Shown: in pieces, positions 57,856 through 64,000 of the stretch
Position numbering within the stretch: position 1 is the first letter of the stretch
Layout: each line of letters begins with the position of its first letter
Origin: Bacillota bacterium
GTDB taxonomy: Bacteria > Bacillota > Sulfobacillia > JAMCWA01
NCBI GenBank assembly: GCA_023475165.1
Contig: JAMCWA010000034.1
Location: 31,081-95,080, forward strand
Direction: 5' to 3'
Length of the DNA stretch: 64,000 nt
Notes under the pieces: model-generated
The model's database searches: none
The model's input: only the letters and a program-made list of their open reading frames with translations
What the model was told of the DNA's origin: nothing
Program-made: the position numbers and the translations under genes

Positions 57856-57894
57856 ACTGTGCGAAGAACGGAGTCAGAGAGGAGAGGATCACAT

Positions 57895-58233
57895 ATGCAA
57901 ATTGACGCCATAACAAAAGAGGAGTTGCTGTCCATGTATGGTAATCCAGACGTCATTGTACTCAATGTCCTTCCCCGCGACTGGTTTGAGCGTGCCCATA
58001 TCCTGGGGTCGATCTCAATCCCCGTGGAAGAGTTGGCGGGTCGCTTGGACTGTTTACCTAGCGACAAGCTCATCGTTACGTACTGCGCAAGCTACGGGTG
58101 TACCTCCTGTGTCGAGGCGGCGCAGTTCTTGGCCAGCCACGGCTTTAACGTCAAGGTTTACAGAGGTGGGACCAAGGAGTGGATGGAAGCCGGTCTTCCG
58201 TGGGAGGGCAGCGAAAGAGACCATGAGCCCTGA
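57895..58233 (+). CDS. Rhodanese-domain protein (single-domain sulfurtransferase)
   Basis: ATG 57895 with a GGAGAGGA SD. Rhodanese fold with a Cys loop (TYCASYGCTSC). The long upstream extension in the ORF track is low-complexity and rejected. Confidence 0.7.
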   Translation: MQIDAITKEELLSMYGNPDVIVLNVLPRDWFERAHILGSISIPVEELAGRLDCLPSDKLIVTYCASYGCTSCVEAAQFLASHGFNVKVYRGGTKEWMEAGLPWEGSERDHEP

Positions 58234-59434
58234 TCATCCTCTCGCGATCCTACGCGATTCCCCGCTGTACGCTTCGGACCCACGTTTCCGACGCAGAGCG
58301 GATATGCGACTGGCTCGGGAGCAGAAGTTTGCCACCCTGCGCCTGTTCAACCTCGACATAGAGGTTACCACGGTTTGCAACCTAGCTTGTAGGACCTGCT
58401 ACAATCTACCGGCCCAGACACAGATTATGAGAGTGGAGGAGTTCAGCCATATCCTGGCGGACGCACGGCAGCTTGTCGGTCGTCTGGGCATGGATGGGCT
58501 CTGGCTGACGATTTCCGGTGGAGAGCCGTTAATGAATGAACACCTTTGGGACATGCTTCGGCTGGCCCAAGCCCAAGGCGTTGAAGGTATTGCCATCATC
58601 ACTAATGGCACCCTCGTCAACGAAGAAACGGCAAAGCGGATTCGATCTCTGGGGATCTCAGAAGTCATGATATCGCTCGATGGGGCTAGCGAGCGGATAC
58701 ACGATGCCATCCGGGGCCTCGGGTCGTTTGCAAGGACCATCGGCGGCGTTAAGGCTATGATGGAGCACTGTTCCGGTACATTCCTTGGCTGCACACTGAC
58801 CCTTACCAAGCTAAACATGGACGAGATCAAAGCTTACGTCGATTTCGCCTTCGACCTGGGGTTCAACTATGCGTGGATCAATCCCCCGCTTTACTGCGGG
58901 CGTATGGTGCAATCACAGCTTAGCATCTCGTACGAGGAACACATAAGAGTGATGAATCTCGTTAGAGAACTCGACACCAGGTACTTCAGGCAGGGTTTCG
59001 CGGTGTACTATAATGTCCCGTACTACCCGCTTACTGATCCGATCTCTCCCTATTTGGATCTGAGCACGGCCTGCCCCTGGGGTCGCAACAACCTAACTGT
59101 CACCACCGACGGCTCAGTCCTCCCTTGCTTGTACAGTCGCGACTTACGTTTGGGGAATGCCTTCGAACAGCCCCTAGTCGCCCTCTACCAATCATCTGTG
59201 CTGAAGGGGTTCCGTGACGGATCGCTGCTCGCTGAGCCGTGCCGTTCCTGCTCCTACCGGGGATTCTGCGGGGGCTGCCGTGCTAGAACGTACTATCTCA
59301 CCGGGGACTGGTTCGCTGCCGACCCTTGGTGCCCGCTTGTCCGGGGCTCCACTGAGGAGCAACTCAGGGTGTTTCCCTCGGGTTTGCCAAAAGAAAACGT
59401 GGGAGGGATGCAGCATAACAGAACGGTCGACTAA
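58223..59434 (+). CDS. Radical SAM enzyme with C-terminal SPASM domain (peptide/cofactor-modifying type)
   Basis: CNLACRTCY (CxxxCxxC) and the SPASM cysteine array (CPWG...C...CRSCSYRGFCGGCRARTY...CP). No N-terminal RRE is present. Confidence 0.85.
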   Translation: MSPDHPLAILRDSPLYASDPRFRRRADMRLAREQKFATLRLFNLDIEVTTVCNLACRTCYNLPAQTQIMRVEEFSHILADARQLVGRLGMDGLWLTISGGEPLMNEHLWDMLRLAQAQGVEGIAIITNGTLVNEETAKRIRSLGISEVMISLDGASERIHDAIRGLGSFARTIGGVKAMMEHCSGTFLGCTLTLTKLNMDEIKAYVDFAFDLGFNYAWINPPLYCGRMVQSQLSISYEEHIRVMNLVRELDTRYFRQGFAVYYNVPYYPLTDPISPYLDLSTACPWGRNNLTVTTDGSVLPCLYSRDLRLGNAFEQPLVALYQSSVLKGFRDGSLLAEPCRSCSYRGFCGGCRARTYYLTGDWFAADPWCPLVRGSTEEQLRVFPSGLPKENVGGMQHNRTVD

Positions 59435-59447
59435 CGGGGGCCTACCC

Positions 59448-60611
59448 GTGTCCTACTACATCAGGCGTTATGTCGTCGCCCTTTGCCTTCTGGAGTTCTT
59501 TGCCTTTAAGATCCTCGATCCGTACTATATCCAGTTCATGACCACGGAGCGGGGACTTGGTCTCACCCCTACCCAATTTGGCTTATTTGTGTCCCTGGCC
59601 TCGGCGGTCACCTCCGCTATCGACTACTTGTCCGGAGCCTTTGCAGACCGGCTGGGCCGGCGACTCTCTTGGGGGCTGGCAATGTTTTCTTACGGGCTAG
59701 GCATGCTATGGCTGAGTTCGGTTTCTGCCTTTGGACCTGCGCTGGTCACTGCTGTGTTCATGGGGACTTCCTACGCCTTCGCGAGCGGCGCACGCGAAGC
59801 TTGGCTCTACGATAATGTCGGCCAAGAGGGCACGCGGCAGGCCTTCGGTAAGGTCTACCTTTACTCGGTCCCGTTTACCATGCTAGGCATGGGGGCGGCG
59901 TTCGGTTTGGGCGGCCTGGGCAGCCTGCGCCTCCCGATCGCCTTGACCGGCCTTATCGTCCTGGCCGACGGCTTGTTTATCATGACCTTCCCAGAGAACT
60001 ATGGCAGTTACCGCCGCCGCGGATGGCTGGAGGTCCTCAAGGTCGGGTTCCGCCAGTTTCTGGAGAGCCGTGTTCTGTGGCTGACGGCAGCCCAGAGCTT
60101 CTTCTTCACCCTCCCTATCTGGATTACCACCGCCTGGTGGATAACCTACCTGGTGCAGCAGTTCGGCGTAGACTTGAGGGACACAGCCCTTGCCTTCGGC
60201 GTTACTTCGCTGGCTGCAGCAATGACCGGGTTTTGCATCTGCAAGATGAAGGCCACCGACTACCGCAAGCTTATCCTTTGGCCGACACTGTTATCGTCGT
60301 TGGCTTTCCTGCTGATGCCCTTGGCTCCTACGCCGTGGGCTTTCGTGGCCCTGGTCATCGCGGCGGTTGCCTCCGGCTACTTCAGGGGGAGCGGCATCAC
60401 TCTCTTGGAGAACGAGCAGATCAGTGAGGAGCGGGCGACGGCACTCTCGTTCTTGAACACCCTGCGTAGCGCATTCTGGGCGGTGGCTCCTCTCTTGTGG
60501 GGTGCCCTTATCTCCGCCTTTGGACTTGAGGTCGCATTCTTTCTCGCAGGAGCAGCTTCGCTGATCTCTCTGCTCCTGCTGATACTTGCGTTAGCGCTAA
60601 GGGGTGGCTAG
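59448..60611 (+). CDS. MFS transporter (putative exporter)
   Basis: GTG 59448 with a GGGGG SD. About 12 TM helices and a DRLGRR loop. Confidence 0.7.
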   Translation: MSYYIRRYVVALCLLEFFAFKILDPYYIQFMTTERGLGLTPTQFGLFVSLASAVTSAIDYLSGAFADRLGRRLSWGLAMFSYGLGMLWLSSVSAFGPALVTAVFMGTSYAFASGAREAWLYDNVGQEGTRQAFGKVYLYSVPFTMLGMGAAFGLGGLGSLRLPIALTGLIVLADGLFIMTFPENYGSYRRRGWLEVLKVGFRQFLESRVLWLTAAQSFFFTLPIWITTAWWITYLVQQFGVDLRDTALAFGVTSLAAAMTGFCICKMKATDYRKLILWPTLLSSLAFLLMPLAPTPWAFVALVIAAVASGYFRGSGITLLENEQISEERATALSFLNTLRSAFWAVAPLLWGALISAFGLEVAFFLAGAASLISLLLLILALALRGG

Positions 60612-60613
60612 CC

Positions 60614-61984
60614 ATGAAAGGGATTGTTGTGCCCGAGCGACCCTACCACCTATCTTGGGACCTCACTACGGCGTGCCGACTTCACTGTAGCTTCTGCTAC
60701 AGCGCTGGAGGAAGGCCCCACCCGGCCGAAACTACCGAGCTAATTGAAACGATCCTCGACAATGTGGTGGAACTGAAACCACTACACCTAGGCATCGGCG
60801 GGGGAGATCCCCTGTTAAGCCCGTACATTGCCGAACTATTGCAGCGGCTAGTGGAACGAATGAGGGACGAGACACCAATCATCACCGTGGACACTATGAT
60901 GGTGAACCGACGAGAGGATCTGGTCCGGCAGGTCCGGCGACTCAACGAGGATTTCGGAGAACACCGGATACAGTTCTACCTGAGCATCCACGGGGCCCCC
61001 GAGGTTCATGACCGAATCGTTGGACTCAAGGGGCACTTCGAGGAACAGGTGGAGGGCATCAAGCTCCTAAAGCAGTACGGGGTCAACTTCAACTTGGGTA
61101 TCGTACCGACGAGGGAAAACCTTGACCAACTCGACGCAATGCTTGCCTTGGCCCTGCGTCTGGGCGCTGGTCTCCTCAACATCTCCCAATTCGTCCCTAT
61201 CGGGAGGGGTGACCGGGCATACGATCACAACCTGAGCCCCGAGCAGTACCGTCGGCTCCTGGACTGGATCGTGACGCGTAATGCTCAACTCCGCCGGCGC
61301 TACATAGTGACCCACGAGCACTGGATGGCGGCTGTTGATCAGGCGCTTTTTACGAGCAGCCTTTTTGTTGGTTGCAGCGCTGGGATTTACTACTTCGGCG
61401 TACGCAGCAATGGCGATGTCGTTCCTTGTCAGCTTAACCCGTATGTGCTCGGCAATGTCCGGGAGGCAAGACTGACCGAGATCTGGCGGTGGCACCCCTT
61501 GCTGCAACGATGGAGGGAGCGGCGCGTTGACGGCCGATGTGGCGATTGCCCCCTGCTCTTCAAGTGCGGAGGCTGCCGGTGCAACGCTGTGGCGTACTCC
61601 GGCGACTTTTTCGGTGAAGATTCACTTTGTCCCTTTGCAGCAGAAGAGTTAATCAGCCTGAATCAAACGGGCCAAGAGGTTAACGCCACAGCAGTCAATG
61701 GCAGCTTGTCGGAAACAGCCATTAGGAATGACATGTGGATTGTAAAGCTGGTTACGCTTGCCACCCCGCAAGGCGATTCTTTGGTCATCCGCAACGAGCC
61801 CCGAAACACTTTCGTTGAGCTTAACGGTGACGCGACCATCATCTACGGCCTGGTTCCGCCACAATATGGGATCACGTTAGGTGACCTCAGGGCTGTCTTT
61901 AAGGAGCGCACAGGCAAGGAACTGCCCGTGGAGGAATTGGGGGCACTAGTCCGTTCGGGGGTCCTAGGATGCGTAGCCGGATAA
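60614..61984 (+). CDS. Radical SAM/SPASM enzyme with C-terminal PqqD-like RiPP-recognition element
   Basis: CRLHCSFCY; SPASM array (CSAG...C...GRCGDCPLLFKCGGCRC...CP). The C-terminal 100 aa (LVIRNEPRNTFVELNGDATIIYGL...LGDLRAVFKERTG) resemble PqqD/RRE. Confidence 0.85.
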   Translation: MKGIVVPERPYHLSWDLTTACRLHCSFCYSAGGRPHPAETTELIETILDNVVELKPLHLGIGGGDPLLSPYIAELLQRLVERMRDETPIITVDTMMVNRREDLVRQVRRLNEDFGEHRIQFYLSIHGAPEVHDRIVGLKGHFEEQVEGIKLLKQYGVNFNLGIVPTRENLDQLDAMLALALRLGAGLLNISQFVPIGRGDRAYDHNLSPEQYRRLLDWIVTRNAQLRRRYIVTHEHWMAAVDQALFTSSLFVGCSAGIYYFGVRSNGDVVPCQLNPYVLGNVREARLTEIWRWHPLLQRWRERRVDGRCGDCPLLFKCGGCRCNAVAYSGDFFGEDSLCPFAAEELISLNQTGQEVNATAVNGSLSETAIRNDMWIVKLVTLATPQGDSLVIRNEPRNTFVELNGDATIIYGLVPPQYGITLGDLRAVFKERTGKELPVEELGALVRSGVLGCVAG

Positions 61985-63144
61985 CATACTCCGTGCAGGC
62001 GCGGCACGTTGAGATACGCCGGGGGCGCGTTTGCGGAGTCAGAACTTACGAGGACTCCCAGGCTCATTTCGTGACGTACTTCGGGCGAACCGTCGTTGTG
62101 GACGGTGCTTGCGGACCGAGAGTGTTCACGCTTCCTCGGGCTGCTGAATGGGAACCAGACCCTGTGCATTTGGACGTCGACCGAGGTCTTCTCGAGAAAG
62201 AACGCTTGCTTGTTGCTGTTGATGTAGTGGCGAGCTATCCCGTCGATGCCGCGCTTTCGTTTTATCGGGAGGAACGGGTGGTAGAGACCGATGGCTTTGT
62301 CAAGCGCCAGTGCATAGGCTTCTATGCCTTACGGCTTCGAGAACAGTCCAGATCCTATGTGTACGCTGACGTTGCTCCCGAGAAGTTGGGTGAGCTGTGT
62401 GCTCTGCACACGCTGCCCCAGGGCGCACCCGTTCCAGACGGGCTACCGATTGTCCTAAGCCCCAACGCTGTTGGCCATATCTTTCACGAGTGGGCCCATC
62501 TACTAGAACTTGACTTTTTAGGGCATGAGGCTGCGTCGCGTATCGAGGGCAGCCCGGTCTTTGACGACTGTGCGGATCTCCAGGTCTTCGAAGATCCTGG
62601 GACAGAGACCGTGGGATTCAATGCTTTCAGCGACGACGCCCGAATCGCTAGGCGGATGCCTCTTGTAGAGCGAGGCAGGATAGCGGGGTTCATAGACAGC
62701 GCCGCATTCCCACACCGCTACTTCGGGTGCGGATATCTCGGATACAACAATAGCGGCCATCCTGTTCCTCGCACGACCAACCTCATGGTTCAGGCTAGGC
62801 CAACGGCATACGAGGTCGAGCGAGCACTAGTGGTCACTGGACTTGACCTGGAACTCTTGACCGCAGATCCCCTCCATGCTCGGATCGGCCTCAAGAGTAG
62901 CGAGGGTGTTTACGTGGAGCACGGGATGCCGGTACACCGAGTAACTTGGACGGGTGGGGGCGAAACGACGGTCCAGAGGCTAGTATCGAGCATGATGTTT
63001 CTTAACCCCTCGCATATCCGCGTCCCCGTAGTTGGTGGAATTTGTGTCAAAAATGGCATCGCGGTTCGCTCCGCTCAGAGCGCGCCAGCAGCGCTGCTTG
63101 AGGCTTGTACGGCGCGCTTACCGTGGAAGAACTTGTCGGCATGA
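61969..63144 (+). CDS. TldD/PmbA-family metallopeptidase-like protein
   Basis: HEWAH motif and a C-terminal G-rich PmbA_TldD-like segment (GYNNSGHPVPRTTNLMV). The start overlaps the previous gene. Confidence 0.55.
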   Translation: MRSRITYSVQARHVEIRRGRVCGVRTYEDSQAHFVTYFGRTVVVDGACGPRVFTLPRAAEWEPDPVHLDVDRGLLEKERLLVAVDVVASYPVDAALSFYREERVVETDGFVKRQCIGFYALRLREQSRSYVYADVAPEKLGELCALHTLPQGAPVPDGLPIVLSPNAVGHIFHEWAHLLELDFLGHEAASRIEGSPVFDDCADLQVFEDPGTETVGFNAFSDDARIARRMPLVERGRIAGFIDSAAFPHRYFGCGYLGYNNSGHPVPRTTNLMVQARPTAYEVERALVVTGLDLELLTADPLHARIGLKSSEGVYVEHGMPVHRVTWTGGGETTVQRLVSSMMFLNPSHIRVPVVGGICVKNGIAVRSAQSAPAALLEACTARLPWKNLSA

Positions 63145-63477
63145 TGAAACGCAAGCCTGCGAATCAAGTGGCAGGGCGGTTGAAGGGACGGTCCGGACGG
63201 GGCAACCGGCCCGGACCATGGGACACGGAGAGCCCGCGAGCTTGTTTGGTTGCCCCAGACGACCCGCCCAGGTGGGCCAGGAGGCCGCATACGTGAGTGT
63301 TGGGTTTGGCACGGGCAACGTGTACCGGTGTGGTCATCGGATGTTGCCGAGCTCGGTTGACAGTGGCGACGTACTGAACGGAGGTTGCCGGCCTCCTGAG
63401 CTCTCATGCGGCCAACATACCATCTTGAACACCACCACGGGGTCGACTGACGGTGCACCGGTGTGGGTGCATTAGGG

Positions 63478-63606
63478 TCTCACCATGTCGTATGCGAAAC
63501 TGAAGTCAACCACCTCGGCCAGCCTGCGCAGGAAGTGGTCCCGGGTGACACGTTTCTTCAAGAGAGAAGTCGTAGAACAGCTTGCGTGATGGCAGTTTCT
63601 TTCGCA
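63478..63606 (-). pseudogene. Frameshifted N-terminal remnant of an IS5/IS1182-type transposase
   Basis: On the minus strand, AAAGGAGGAG SD then MRKKLPSRKLFYDF, frame-shifting into ...RDHFLRRLAEVVDFSFAYDMV (DUF772-like transposase N-terminus), followed by a stop. Confidence 0.3.
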
Positions 63607-63642
63607 TAATGGCTGCAGCTCCTCCTTTGGATCTCCCCGCAC

Positions 63643-64000
63643 CTATATTTCCTTCATTTCACTAAGGGGCAAGGCCCGGCAACGCGAAATTTGGCAACAG
63701 CCCCATGACCGCACTGGTACACATTTTTCCTTGCCAAACCCACCGCGGGCGTACTGGAAGATCTCTTCGATGGCCTCTGGTGTGAAGAGGGGGGAGGTGC
63801 GCCCCGCCACCTTCAGGTGGTGGGCGATGTACTCCCTGGTTTCCGGGGCGGTGAGTCCGCGCATGTGGTACCGCACCGTGAGCCGCTGCGTGATGTGGTC
63901 GTAGCAGGAGAGCCGGAGCATGTCCCGCAGGGGGGGCTGGTCCACGAGGATGAGCGCCATGGGGCAGGTGCTCTCCATGGCGATGTTGGTGAGCAGCCTG
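63643..64000 (-). CDS. ExeA/TniB-like AAA+ ATPase (transposition helper), C-terminal part; continues past the window end
   Basis: QRLTVRYHMRGLTAPETREYIAHHLKVAGRTSPLFTPEAIEEIFQYARG matches the ExeA/TniB C-terminal signature. The ORF stays open to position 64000. Confidence 0.5.
   Translation of the reverse strand, partial: RLLTNIAMESTCPMALILVDQPPLRDMLRLSCYDHITQRLTVRYHMRGLTAPETREYIAHHLKVAGRTSPLFTPEAIEEIFQYARGGFGKEKCVPVRSWGCCQISRCRALPLSEMKEI

Larger units (their letters stand above)
57135..64000. mobile_element. sigK intervening (skin-like) element, left junction and first 6.9 kb; right end not in window
   Basis: sigK colinearity stops at about 57135. A 430-bp AT-rich junction with direct repeats follows, then foreign cargo (RiPP-like rSAM operon) and IS/TniB remnants. 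Confidence 0.6.

Noticed and set aside
57619-57894. Upstream in-frame extension of the rhodanese ORF
   Set aside because: Gly/Arg-rich and overlapping the small ORF and hairpin. A strong SD precedes the internal ATG at 57895.

Overview
The window is about 60% GC and looks like an endospore-forming Firmicute (Clostridia-type). Sporulation markers are SpoVK, three alpha/beta-type SASPs and a pro-sigma-K gene. Most of it is a housekeeping backbone on the + strand: ADP-forming acetyl-CoA synthetase, the conserved miaB–(MTH1187/YkoF)–mutS–mutL–miaA–hfq block, a ynbB-like–glnA pair, lexA, speH, an M42 peptidase, ndk, a yolD-like–dinB pair under apparent SOS boxes, a DinG exonuclease-helicase, surE, an HDAC-family enzyme and a Nramp-like transporter. 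Five things stand out.
(1) sigK is broken right after the conserved '...[14 protein letters not shown]' at about 57135, by a skin-like intervening element that runs past the window end.
(2) That element carries a compact RiPP-like operon that, to my knowledge, is not a described system: small ORF, hairpin, rhodanese, rSAM-SPASM, MFS exporter, rSAM-SPASM with a C-terminal PqqD-like RRE, and a TldD/PmbA-like peptidase. IS/TniB-like remnants follow it.
(3) A modular intergenic repeat family with inverted ends occurs in at least 17 full or partial copies, about 4% of the window. Several copies donate the stop codon of the upstream gene, and two abut genes that lack a canonical start codon.
(4) A ROK-regulated locus holds three tandem paralogs of a PHP-domain (DUF3604-like) phosphoesterase next to a GH3 and a GH-like beta-propeller gene.
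(5) Several conserved proteins (MutS, a YnbB-like protein, a metallophosphoesterase) carry Pro/Ser/Gly-rich low-complexity insertions.
I found no rRNA, tRNA or CRISPR array. All functional calls come from reading the translated ORFs and sequence motifs; no database search was run.
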